Shown: in pieces, positions 24,952-34,782 of the stretch
Numbering within the stretch: position 1 is the stretch's first letter
How the letters are laid out: each line of letters begins with the position of its first letter
Assembly: GCA_035328285.1 (NCBI GenBank)
Contig: DAOLIZ010000004.1
Span: forward strand, 1 to 51,064
Length of the DNA stretch: 51,064 bases
DNA from: Gemmatimonadales bacterium
Lineage (GTDB): Bacteria > Gemmatimonadota > Gemmatimonadetes > Gemmatimonadales > GWC2-71-9
Reading direction: 5' to 3'
Translations under genes and position numbers: made by a program
The notes under the pieces: model-generated
The model's database searches: none
Told to the model about the DNA's origin: nothing
What the model saw: only the letters and a program-made list of their open reading frames with translations

Positions 24952-26265
24952 TTACCCCGTCCGAATCCAGCGCAGAACCTCCATCACTGACGGCCGCTTG
25001 CCGTACATCAGGATCCCGACCCGGTAGATCCGCCCCGCCACCCAGGCGACGGCGATGACGCCGAGGCCGGTAATCCCCGCCGAGGCGAGGACCTCCATGA
25101 GCGGCAACGGACTGAGCGAATACCGCACCGGTGTCACGAAGGGAGCGAAGAACGGAATCATGCTCATGGTCCGCGCCAACGTGCCGTTCGGCTCGTCCAG
25201 TAACCCGAACATCAGCATCAACCCGACCACGATGCAGAGCGTGATCGGCATGGCTGCCTGCTGGGCCTCCTGCTGCGTGCTCACGGTGGCCGCCACGGCG
25301 GCGTATGCCGCGGAGTAGAGGAAGAACCCCAGGACAAAGAACGAGAGGTACACAGCGAGCAGCCCGCCGCTGATCGACGGGATCGGCATGCTCATCGCAT
25401 CCGACGGAGAGGCCCCCAGCAGCCCGGCAATGGCGACCCGCTGCGAGGTCAGCAACTTCGCGGTGCCGCTCCAGATCCCGAGCTGCAGGAGCGCCACCGA
25501 CCCGACGCCGATCACCTTGCCGAGCATCAGCTCGAAGGGGCTCAGGCTCGAGACGAGAATCTCCATGATCCGGTTGGTCTTCTCCTCGACCACCGAGCCC
25601 ATGACCTGGATCCCGTAGATGATGAGGGCGAAGTAGAGGAGGAAGGACATCACGTACGCGAGCATGAACGACGACTCGCCACTCTCGCCACTGGCCTGCC
25701 CGTTGCTGACCCGCGACGTCTCGAGTGACACCGGCGCGGTGGCGGCGGCCAGCACGGAGACGTCGACCCCGGACCGTGCCAGGCGCTCGGCGATGACCGC
25801 CTGGCGGAGCGTGCGTTGCAGCTCTCCCATCTCCGAGAGGCTCCCGACATTGCTGCCGTAATAATGCAACCGCCCCGTCTCGATCACGGAGTCGGTCACC
25901 ACGACGACGCCGACCAGGGCGTCGGGGCCGGCGTCCTTGACCCCGAGGTGCGGGATCAGGGTGTCGAGTGGCGCCGTGCTGCCCTCGACCGCCGCCACCG
26001 ACTCCACCCGATAGCGCGGCGGCGCCTCCGGCCCTGAGCCGCGCCGGGCACTGGTCAGCGCCTCGGCGACGCGGCTTCCGAAATTGCCGTCCGCCGCATT
26101 GAGCACCACGATCCGCTTGGGTGCCCGGTCGCGCGACTCCAGCAGCATCGGCAGCACGAAGAGCATCCCCAAGAGCACCGGACCGAGAACCGTGCTGATC
26201 ACGAAAGCCCGCGTCCGGACCCGCACCATGAATTCCCGCCGGATGACGGCAATGAGCTTATGCAT
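24952..26265 (-). CDS. ABC-2 type transporter permease (NatB-like)
   Basis: ATG 26265 gives MHKLIAVIRREFMVRVRTRAFVISTVLGPVLLGMLFVLPML. The architecture is one N-terminal TM helix, a large loop, then five C-terminal TM helices. It overlaps the ATPase stop by 8 nt. Confidence 0.85.
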   Translation of the reverse strand: MHKLIAVIRREFMVRVRTRAFVISTVLGPVLLGMLFVLPMLLESRDRAPKRIVVLNAADGNFGSRVAEALTSARRGSGPEAPPRYRVESVAAVEGSTAPLDTLIPHLGVKDAGPDALVGVVVVTDSVIETGRLHYYGSNVGSLSEMGELQRTLRQAVIAERLARSGVDVSVLAAATAPVSLETSRVSNGQASGESGESSFMLAYVMSFLLYFALIIYGIQVMGSVVEEKTNRIMEILVSSLSPFELMLGKVIGVGSVALLQLGIWSGTAKLLTSQRVAIAGLLGASPSDAMSMPIPSISGGLLAVYLSFFVLGFFLYSAAYAAVAATVSTQQEAQQAAMPITLCIVVGLMLMFGLLDEPNGTLARTMSMIPFFAPFVTPVRYSLSPLPLMEVLASAGITGLGVIAVAWVAGRIYRVGILMYGKRPSVMEVLRWIRTG

Positions 26266-27214
26266 GGGCCGCCTCCCGGGCCGGGGCGGTGGCCGCCTGC
26301 TGGCCGACCTTGGCGATGAAAATCGACTCCAGCGACGGCTCGGCGACTTCAAAGCGACTCAACCCCACCCCCGCCTCCATCAGCGCCCGCAGCAGCCGAT
26401 CGGGGTTGGCGCCGAGCGCAAGTTCGGCCTCGGCCGTGGCACCATAATCATCGGCCCGCGCCACCAGGGTCCGGTCGGCCAGAATGGGGCCGGCCTTGGC
26501 GCCGTCATGGGCAAAGGAGAGATAGACGTGCCGCTTCCCGCCCTCGGCCTTGATGTCCGCGACCCGCCCGTCCACGATCTTCTCGCCCCGTGCGATGATG
26601 GCGATCCGGTCGCACATCTTCTCGGCCTGCTCCATGATGTGGGTCGAGAAGAGCACGGTCCGCCCCGATCGCGCGATCTCCACCACCACGTCCTTCATGA
26701 CCTGCAGGTTGACCGGATCGAGCCCGCTGAAGGGCTCATCGAGAATGACCAGGTCGGGGTCGTGGAGCAGCGTCCCGATGAACTGCACCTTCTGCTGCAT
26801 TCCCTTCGAGAGCTCCTGGACCTTTCGCTTGGCCCAGTCGCCGAGGCCGAGACGATCGAGCCAGCGAAGCGCGCGCGCGCGGGCGTCCTTCCGGCGGAGC
26901 CCCTTGGCCTCGCCCAGGAAGACGATCTGTTCCAAGACCTCCATCCGCGGATACAGCCCCCGTTCTTCCGGAAGGAACCCGATCCGCGCGGAGAGCTCCC
27001 GGCCGGTGCCGGGGCCGCCGAAGAGCGTCACGGTGCCCTCGTCGGGTTCGATGATATGCATGATCATGCGGATCGTGGTCGACTTGCCCGCGCCGTTCGG
27101 ACCGAGCAGGCCGAACACCCCCCCGGCGGGCACGGCGAGGGAGAGCGACTGGACAGCGGTGTGACCGGCAAAACGTTTCGTGATGCGGTCCACGGACACG
27201 ACGGGATCAGGCAT
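26258..27214 (-). CDS. ABC transporter ATP-binding protein (NatA-like)
   Basis: Walker A GLLGPNGAGKST, signature LSKGMQQKV, Walker B LVILDEPFSGLD. ATG 27214 (MPDPVVSVDRITKRF) is preferred over TTG 27223. Confidence 0.9.
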   Translation of the reverse strand: MPDPVVSVDRITKRFAGHTAVQSLSLAVPAGGVFGLLGPNGAGKSTTIRMIMHIIEPDEGTVTLFGGPGTGRELSARIGFLPEERGLYPRMEVLEQIVFLGEAKGLRRKDARARALRWLDRLGLGDWAKRKVQELSKGMQQKVQFIGTLLHDPDLVILDEPFSGLDPVNLQVMKDVVVEIARSGRTVLFSTHIMEQAEKMCDRIAIIARGEKIVDGRVADIKAEGGKRHVYLSFAHDGAKAGPILADRTLVARADDYGATAEAELALGANPDRLLRALMEAGVGLSRFEVAEPSLESIFIAKVGQQAATAPAREAAHA

Positions 27215-27416
27215 CAGCGGCAACCCGGAGTCGGGGAAAGGGCGGAGATCGCGGGGGGATGAAAATGAGAAGGTCGGGGGCAGGATGGCAAGAGAGCCGG
27301 CGCCGAAGCCAAGGAACCGGAGAGAGGATCCACCCTGACCCCCGACGGGGTCCGGCCGGAGTCGGAGCGATTCCGACCCTCTGGCACGATCAAAATCAGT
27401 TTTGTATGTTCGCCCT

Positions 27417-27635
27417 ATGCCCTACACCATCCAGATCGATCGCACACTCTGCTGTGGGTACGGTGACTGTGTCGGCCTGGCACCGGAGGTCTTTGCCCAG
27501 GACGACCAGAACATTTCCGTGGTGCTGGACCCCGAAGGGGCGGAGGACGAACTGGTCCTTGATGCCGCCCGCGCCTGCCCGGTGGACGCCATTACGCTGA
27601 TCGACGAACACGGGGACCAGGTCTGGCCCTCCTAG
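27417..27635 (+). CDS. small single-cluster ferredoxin
   Basis: MPYTIQIDRTLCCGYGDCVGLAPEVF...AARACPVDAITL shows the CxxGxC...CP cluster-binding pattern. The ORF-track start at 27402 is an alternative. Confidence 0.8.
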   Translation: MPYTIQIDRTLCCGYGDCVGLAPEVFAQDDQNISVVLDPEGAEDELVLDAARACPVDAITLIDEHGDQVWPS

Positions 27636-27644
27636 ACTGACGAA

Positions 27645-27675
27645 GGACCGAAGGCGGGAGTTTCTCCCTCGGTCC
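27645..27675. terminator. hairpin between convergent ferredoxin and 93-aa genes (candidate bidirectional terminator)
   Basis: GGACCGA-aggc-GGGAG-TTT-CTCCC-TCGGTCC: an outer 7-bp stem and an inner 5-bp stem. It begins 10 nt after the ferredoxin TAG. Confidence 0.5.
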
Positions 27676-27706
27676 TCAGCCACCCCCCAGCCGCCGGACG
27701 CCCGTC

Positions 27707-27988
27707 CTACGCCGAGACTTCCGCCAGCTGCCGGATCCCCCGTACGTCCTGCTCCGGGATCAGCTTGTTCTTGACCGTGGCCCGGACGCCGAACTTGAGC
27801 GTCTTCCGGAGATATTCCTCGCGCGTCCCCTCCGTCACTCCGTCCTCGTAGCAGCCGGCGTCGTGCAGCAGCACCCCCTTGGGGGTGACGGAGTCGAAGC
27901 GCCCCACCCAGAGCCCGCTGTTCGTTTCCAGCACGACGGTGATGCCGTGCAGGTCGTGGTGGCCGGGATGAAAGACGTGGCCGCTCAC
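27707..27988 (-). CDS. hypothetical 93-aa protein, His-rich N-terminus, Sm/Hfq-like pattern
   Basis: The GTG start overlaps the stop of the bacilliredoxin-like gene (GTGA at 27985-27988). N-terminus HVFHPGHHDLHG. ITVVLETNSGLWVGRFDSVTPKGVLLHDA loosely resembles the Sm1/Hfq motif. Confidence 0.7.
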   Translation of the reverse strand: MSGHVFHPGHHDLHGITVVLETNSGLWVGRFDSVTPKGVLLHDAGCYEDGVTEGTREEYLRKTLKFGVRATVKNKLIPEQDVRGIRQLAEVSA

Positions 27989-28419
27989 GCGCTGACTGGC
28001 CCGCTGCAGTAGGTGTCGAAGGCCTTCGTCAGGTCGGCTGCGATGGACTGCGGACTCCGCCCCTCGATCTGGTGGCGGTGGACAAAGTGCACCACCTCAC
28101 CGTCGCGGAGCAGCGCCATCGACGGGGAACTCGGCTGGTATTCACCGAAGTAGCTCCGGGCCCGTGCCACGGCATCGAGATCCTGGCCGGCGAAGACCGT
28201 CACGGTCCGGTCCGGCAGGACGCCGTGCCCGAGCGCCATCTTTACCGCCGGGCGGGCGTTGCCTGCCGCACAGCCGCAGACCGAGTTCACGAAGACGAGG
28301 GTGGTACCGGTGGCGCTCCCCACGGCAGCGTCGACGTCGGCCACGGTCCGCAGTTCCACGGCGCCCATGGACGTCATCTCGGCCCGCATCGGGGCCACGA
28401 GGGATTCAGGATACGGCAT
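27985..28419 (-). CDS. bacilliredoxin-like protein (BrxA/BrxB, YphP/YqiW family)
   Basis: ATG 28419 gives MPYPESLVAPMRAEMTSMGAVELRT...LVFVNSVCGCAAGNARPA (CGC redox motif) ...QPSSPSMALLRDGEVVHFVHRHQIEG. GGAG lies 11 nt upstream of the ATG. Confidence 0.8.
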   Translation of the reverse strand: MPYPESLVAPMRAEMTSMGAVELRTVADVDAAVGSATGTTLVFVNSVCGCAAGNARPAVKMALGHGVLPDRTVTVFAGQDLDAVARARSYFGEYQPSSPSMALLRDGEVVHFVHRHQIEGRSPQSIAADLTKAFDTYCSGPVSA

Positions 28420-28466
28420 GCGTGCTGTTCTCCAGGATTCAGTTGAAGGGGAGCAGGCCCCGGCAG

Positions 28467-28922
28467 TTATTCGGTCGACACCGGTTCCGCGGCGCCGGCA
28501 ATCGCCGCCTTGAGGGTGTGCCACGCCAGGCTGGCGCACTTGACCCGGACCGGGTACTCGGACACGCCGGCCAGCGCCTGCAGCTTGCCGAGCGCCTTCC
28601 GCTCCGCCGCCCCTTCCAGCTTGCCGGTCACCAGCTTCTGGAACTCGTCCGCCAGCGCCATCGCCTCGGCGCGGGACTTTCCCTTGACCGCGGCGGTCAT
28701 CATCGAAGCACTGGCCTTGGAGATGGCGCAGCCGTTGCCCAGGAAGGCCACATCCTTGACGGTGTCACCCTCCAGGTCCACCCAGACCGTCAATCGGTCG
28801 CCGCAGAGCGGGTTGTGTCCATCGGCGTGGCTGGCCGGCGGCGGCAGCTCGTGAAAGTTCCTCGGCGTCTTGTTGTGGTCGAGGATGACGCTCTGGTACA
28901 GGTCGTCCAGGTCGCGGCTCAC
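28467..28922 (-). CDS. sufU: SUF system Fe-S scaffold / sulfur transfer protein SufU
   Basis: Three conserved Cys: HNPLCGD, GNGCAISKAS, VKCASLAW. The GTG start overlaps the sufS stop (GTGA). Confidence 0.9.
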   Translation of the reverse strand: MSRDLDDLYQSVILDHNKTPRNFHELPPPASHADGHNPLCGDRLTVWVDLEGDTVKDVAFLGNGCAISKASASMMTAAVKGKSRAEAMALADEFQKLVTGKLEGAAERKALGKLQALAGVSEYPVRVKCASLAWHTLKAAIAGAAEPVSTE

Positions 28923-30178
28923 GCAAACACCTCCCGCGCCCGGTGCAGCCCACGCACCAGCACGTCGATTTCATCGAAAGTGTTGTAGAAGGCGAACGAG
29001 GCCCGGGCGGTGGCGTGCACCCCGAAGCGCTCCATGACCGGCTGGGCGCAGTGATGCCCCGCCCGGATGGCCACGCCGTCGGCATCGAGGATGGTCCCCA
29101 GGTCGTGCGGGTGGACCCCCTCGAGGGTGAAGGAGAGCACGCCGGCCTTCTCCCGGGCGGTGCCAACCACCCGGATTCCGGGCACCGCGCGCACCGCCTC
29201 GGTGGCGCGGACCAGGAGCTCGTGTTCCCAGGCACCGATGGCCTCGAACCCGACGCTCCGGATGTAGCGAATGGCGGCGCCCAGCCCGATGACCTCGGCA
29301 ATGGCCGGCGTGCCGGCCTCGAACTTGGCCGGCAGCGGCGCGAAGGTCGTCCCGGCAAAACTCACGGTGTGAATCATGTCGCCGCCCCCCTGCCAGGGGG
29401 GCATCGACTCGAGGAGCGCGGTCCGTCCCCAGAGGAGGCCGACCCCGGTCGGTCCGAACATCTTGTGGCCGGAGCAGGCGTAGAAGTCACACCCGAGGGC
29501 CTGCACATCCACCGGCGTGTGCGGGGCGGCCTGCGCGCCGTCCACCACCACGACCGCACCGGCCTCGTGCGCCAGCCGGGTGATTTCTGCCACCGGGTTG
29601 ATGGTCCCCAGGGCGTTGGAGATGTGCACCACGCCCACGATGCGGGTCCGCGGACCCAGCAACTTCCTGTAGGCGTCGAGATCGACTTCGCCGGCGTCAG
29701 TGATCGGGATGGGGCGGACCACCGCCCCGGTCTGCCCGGCCACGATCTGCCAGGGGACGATGTTACTGTGGTGCTCCATCGTCGTCAGCAGGATCTCGTC
29801 GCCCGGCTTGAGCGTGCTCCGTCCGTAGCTCTGCGCCACCAGGTTGATGCCCTCGGTGGTGCCGCGGACGAAGATGACCTCATGGCTGGCCGGTGCGTTC
29901 AGGAACGCCCGGGCCTCCTCCCGCACCCCATCGTACTCCAGCGTGGCCCGCTCGCTCAGGTAGTGCACCCCGCGGTGGATGTTGGCGTTCTCCTCCGCCA
30001 TCGACCGCCGCACCGCCTCGATGACGGCCAGCGGCCGCTGGGCCGTCGCGGCGTTGTCCAGATACACCAGCGGCTTCCCGTTCACGCGTGATCCGAGAAT
30101 GGGGAAGTCGGCGCGGATCGCGGAGACGTCCAGCGGGGCAGCGGGGCTGCGGGGCAGGGAGGCCGTGCTGGCTGACAT
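28919..30178 (-). CDS. sufS: cysteine desulfurase SufS
   Basis: ATG 30178 gives a 419-aa protein. Motifs YLDNAATAQ, ANIHRGVHYLS, SGHKMFGPTG (PLP lysine) and RAGHHCAQP (catalytic Cys). The 783-aa ORF-track form is an out-of-frame extension over sufD. Confidence 0.95.
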   Translation of the reverse strand: MSASTASLPRSPAAPLDVSAIRADFPILGSRVNGKPLVYLDNAATAQRPLAVIEAVRRSMAEENANIHRGVHYLSERATLEYDGVREEARAFLNAPASHEVIFVRGTTEGINLVAQSYGRSTLKPGDEILLTTMEHHSNIVPWQIVAGQTGAVVRPIPITDAGEVDLDAYRKLLGPRTRIVGVVHISNALGTINPVAEITRLAHEAGAVVVVDGAQAAPHTPVDVQALGCDFYACSGHKMFGPTGVGLLWGRTALLESMPPWQGGGDMIHTVSFAGTTFAPLPAKFEAGTPAIAEVIGLGAAIRYIRSVGFEAIGAWEHELLVRATEAVRAVPGIRVVGTAREKAGVLSFTLEGVHPHDLGTILDADGVAIRAGHHCAQPVMERFGVHATARASFAFYNTFDEIDVLVRGLHRAREVFA

Positions 30179-30180
30179 GG

Positions 30181-31509
30181 TCAGGCGGTCTCCTGCCCCG
30201 CTGCTGCCCGCCCCCGCTGCCCCGCCGCGAGCCACGCTCGCATCAGATCCTCCAGGTGATCCACCACCGGCCGGCTCCGGATCTCTTCCAGCACGTCGGC
30301 CGCGAAGGCGTAGGTGAGCAGCGTCCGCGCCTCCGCTTCGGCGATCCCGCGGCTCCGGCAATAGAAGAGCGGCACCGCGTCGAGGCTCCCCACCGTGGCA
30401 CCGTGGGTGCACTTCACGTCGTCGGCGAAGATCTCGAGCTGCGGCTTGGTGTCCACCTTGGCGGTGTCGGAGAGCAGCAGGTTCTTGTTGGTCTGCTTGC
30501 CGTCGGTCTTCTGCGCTTCCGGATGCACGTACACCTTGCCGTTGAACACCCCGTGCCCGCGGCCGTCGAGGATGCCCTTGTACACCTCCCAGCTGGTGCA
30601 GTCGGGGGCGGCGTGCTCGATCCGCGTCTGGTGGTCGACGTGCTGGCGGCCTTCGGCCAGGTACAACCCGTACAGCGTCGCGTGGGCGCCCGGTCCGGCC
30701 AGCGTGGTGTAGATGTTGGTGCGCGAGAGGGCCGCGCCCTGCGCAAAGGAGAATGAATTCAGGTAGCTGTCCCGCTCCTGGCGCACCTCGAGGGTGGCGA
30801 GGTGGAACGCCTCCGCGCTCTCCCGCTGGATCTTGCAGTGGTCGAGTCGCGCGCCGGCGGCCAGGGTGACCTCGCCGACGGTGTTGGTCAGGGAGACGCC
30901 GTCGACCAGCGTCACGTAACTCTCGACGACGGAAGCGACGGCGTTGGCGCCCAGCACCACGACATTGCGCGGATACACGGCACCCTGCGCGGCACGGCTG
31001 TCGGCGACGAAGAGGACGTGGATCGGAGTGTCCACCACGGCACCGGCCGGGAGGACCATGGCGTAGCCGTCGAGGAAGGCGGATGCGTTCTGGCCGACGA
31101 GGGCGGCGGCGGCGGGCTGGACGGCGCGCTTGCCAAGCGTCCTCTCGACGAGTTCCGGCGCCTCGACCAGCACTTCGGCCAGCGGGCCAACGCGCGCACC
31201 CGCCGGGAGGCCGGTCACCCTCGAGAGCGACGGCTGGAAGCGCCCGTTGGCGAAGACCAGTCGCGGCCACTCGGCGTGCCCGAAGAGGAACGGCGCGATG
31301 TCGGATTCGGTCAGCGCGCCCGCGGCGCGTGCCGGGCCGAGGGCGGCCCGGGTGACCGGCGACAGATCGGTGAAGCGCCAGTCCTCGTCGCGCGTGGTCG
31401 GGAGCCGCAGCGCGTCATAGCGGGCCGCTCCCTCGCGCCGGAGCTCCGCCATCCACTCCGGCTCGACGGCGCGAGGCGAGGGCGCCACGGGGGGACGGGT
31501 GGCCGTCAC
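30181..31509 (-). CDS. sufD: Fe-S cluster assembly protein SufD
   Basis: GTG 31509 overlaps the sufC stop (GTGA). C-terminal GVFNGKVYVHPEAQKTDGKQTNKNLLLSDTAKVDTKPQLEIFADDVKCTHGATVG. Confidence 0.9.
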   Translation of the reverse strand: MTATRPPVAPSPRAVEPEWMAELRREGAARYDALRLPTTRDEDWRFTDLSPVTRAALGPARAAGALTESDIAPFLFGHAEWPRLVFANGRFQPSLSRVTGLPAGARVGPLAEVLVEAPELVERTLGKRAVQPAAAALVGQNASAFLDGYAMVLPAGAVVDTPIHVLFVADSRAAQGAVYPRNVVVLGANAVASVVESYVTLVDGVSLTNTVGEVTLAAGARLDHCKIQRESAEAFHLATLEVRQERDSYLNSFSFAQGAALSRTNIYTTLAGPGAHATLYGLYLAEGRQHVDHQTRIEHAAPDCTSWEVYKGILDGRGHGVFNGKVYVHPEAQKTDGKQTNKNLLLSDTAKVDTKPQLEIFADDVKCTHGATVGSLDAVPLFYCRSRGIAEAEARTLLTYAFAADVLEEIRSRPVVDHLEDLMRAWLAAGQRGRAAAGQETA

Positions 31510-32270
31510 GCGACGGCTCCCGCCGCTTCGGTGAGCCATTCGTAGCCACGCTCCTCGAGCTCGAGCGCCAGTTCCTTGCCGCCCGATCGCACGATCCGCC
31601 CGCCCGCCAGCACATGCACGAAATCGGGCACGATGTGGTTGAGCAGCCGCTGGTAGTGCGTCACCAGGATGGTCGCGCTGTCGGCGCGGCGCAGGGCGTT
31701 GACGCCCTCGGCCACGATCTTGAGCGCGTCGATGTCGAGCCCGGAGTCGGTCTCGTCGAGGATGGCCAGCGACGGCTCGAGCACCGCCATCTGCAGGATC
31801 TCGTTCCGCTTCTTCTCGCCGCCCGAGAAGCCGGCGTTGACCGCGCGGCTCATGATCTCGGGGCCCCACTCGACCAGCTTCAGCTTTTCCTCGAGGAGGT
31901 CGAGGAAGTCCATGGGATCGAGTTCTTCCTTGCCCTCGGCCACCCGCTTGGCGTTGTACGCGGCGCGGAGGAAGTAGGCGTTGGTCACGCCCGGGATTTC
32001 CACCGGGTACTGGAAGGCCAGGAACACGCCGGCCTGCGCCCGCTCCTCCGGCTCCATGTCCAGCAGGTCCTGGCCCTTGTAGGTGACGGAGCCGCCGGTC
32101 ACTTCGTACGCGGGGTGGCCCGCCAGCACCTGCGCCAGCGTACTCTTGCCGCTGCCGTTGGGGCCCATGATGGCGTGGACCTCGCCGGCGTTGACGGTGA
32201 GGGAAATGCCACGGAGGATCTCGGTGCCGCCGGCGGTGGCGGTCAGGTTCTTGATTTCAAGCACGTGCAT
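31506..32270 (-). CDS. sufC: Fe-S cluster assembly ATPase SufC
   Basis: MHVLEIKNLTATAGGTEILRGISLTVNAGEVHAIMGPNGSGKSTLAQVLAGHPAYEVT, FSGGEKKRNEILQ, ILDETDSGLDIDAL. Confidence 0.95.
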   Translation of the reverse strand: MHVLEIKNLTATAGGTEILRGISLTVNAGEVHAIMGPNGSGKSTLAQVLAGHPAYEVTGGSVTYKGQDLLDMEPEERAQAGVFLAFQYPVEIPGVTNAYFLRAAYNAKRVAEGKEELDPMDFLDLLEEKLKLVEWGPEIMSRAVNAGFSGGEKKRNEILQMAVLEPSLAILDETDSGLDIDALKIVAEGVNALRRADSATILVTHYQRLLNHIVPDFVHVLAGGRIVRSGGKELALELEERGYEWLTEAAGAVA

Positions 32271-32309
32271 GTTCTCCCGGATGGCGCCCGCCGTGCGGGC
32301 GCCGGTGAT

Positions 32310-33745
<1,436 letters not shown>

Positions 33746-33746
<1 letters not shown>

Positions 33747-34450
33747 CAACTGACTCCCTGGGGCCGGCTGGTCCCGATGGACACCGGCGGGGTGAATTGG
33801 ACTTGGTATTCGCAGGCGGAGCAGCCGTCGAGCACGTGAGCCCGCAGGTCCACGGAGGCGCCGAGGGCCGCGCTGAGGAACCGCTCTTCGGCGGCACAGA
33901 TCTCGGGGAAGCGCTCGGCCACGGCGCGGATGGCACAATTGTGCTCGGTAAGGGTGCCCCCCTCCGCCGAGCCTTCCCATCCTGGCATGAAGCCATCCTC
34001 GTTCAGCAACCGGGTGACCGCCGCAAGCCGACGCTCGGCGGGGAGCTCCGCCAGGTCGGCCGGCAGCCGCCGCAGGAGCGCGGCGTACCGGGCCTCGAGG
34101 GCGCCCACGACGGCGTCGCGACCCTCCCGCTCAACCAGGGTCTCGAGCACATCAGTCAACGCCGACTCGTAGCGACGCGGGAAGACCCGCTCGCCGGCCG
34201 GCGAGAGGCGATAGGCGAAGACCGGGGCGCCGACACCGCGCTGCTCCCGCTCATGCTCGAGCAACCCGTCGACTTCGAGTTCCTTGAGGTGATGCCGGAT
34301 CGCGTTCAGCGACAGGCCGAGACGCCCAGAGAGTTCCTTGGCGGTCACGCCCGGCGCGAGCTTGAGCTCCACGAGTATGGAGGCTCGGGGTCCCTTGTAG
34401 CCGACCGGCAGGGCGGCAGAGGCGCGGAGATGGGCAATCGGTATGGCCAT
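33746..34450 (-). CDS. sufR: SufR-type winged-helix (ArsR/DeoR-like) Fe-S-sensing transcriptional regulator
   Basis: N-terminal wHTH ([40 protein letters not shown]). C-terminal Cys cluster C-x12-C-x24-C-x2-C ([20 protein letters not shown]...LDGCSACEY). First gene of the suf operon; shares 1 nt with the sufB ATG. Confidence 0.8.
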
Positions 34451-34456
34451 ATGAGG

Positions 34457-34478
34457 GGAATTCTAGGCTTCGAATTCC
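34457..34478. promoter_or_regulatory. 7-bp inverted repeat GGAATTC-N8-GAATTCC immediately upstream of sufR (candidate operator)
   Basis: Seen directly, beginning 7 nt upstream of the sufR ATG. A third GAATTC lies at 34511-34516. Function is inferred only. Confidence 0.3.
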
Positions 34479-34782
34479 GGATTGTCAAGTTCACGTGGCA
34501 TTTTTGGTGCGAATTCATAAGACCATATTTTGCAACATATTGAATCGCCACCCCTCGGCCTCTCTAGCGCCGCCGACCCTCCGCCCGTCTGGTTGGAACT
34601 GGCCGGGGGCGGGGATCGGGCAGAGGACGAGGGAGAGTCGGATGGGAGGGAGGATCGGAAAGCGCCAGGTACCCGTAACACGTTACAAGTACACGACTAA
34701 ATACAGCGTAGTAGTATTTCATACGTCCTTTGCCGGATACGTCCCGTCTTGTGCCCCTCTCGCCCGAATGCGAGATTGGGCC

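Noticed and set aside
28919-31270. Apparent 783-aa SufS with a long N-terminal extension (similar extended forms: 30181..31869, 20891..22114, 22919..24895, 14414..15787, 32310..33980)
   Set aside because: The extensions are Arg/Pro/Gly-rich, overlap the well-supported upstream gene in another frame, and each has an internal start forming a classic ATGA/GTGA overlap or a short gap with the upstream stop. I trimmed them to the internal starts.
34486-34500. CAAGTTCACGTGGCA as a third parS
   Set aside because: Only the central CACGTG core and a few flanking bases match. Both outer arms of the 16-bp palindrome are missing.
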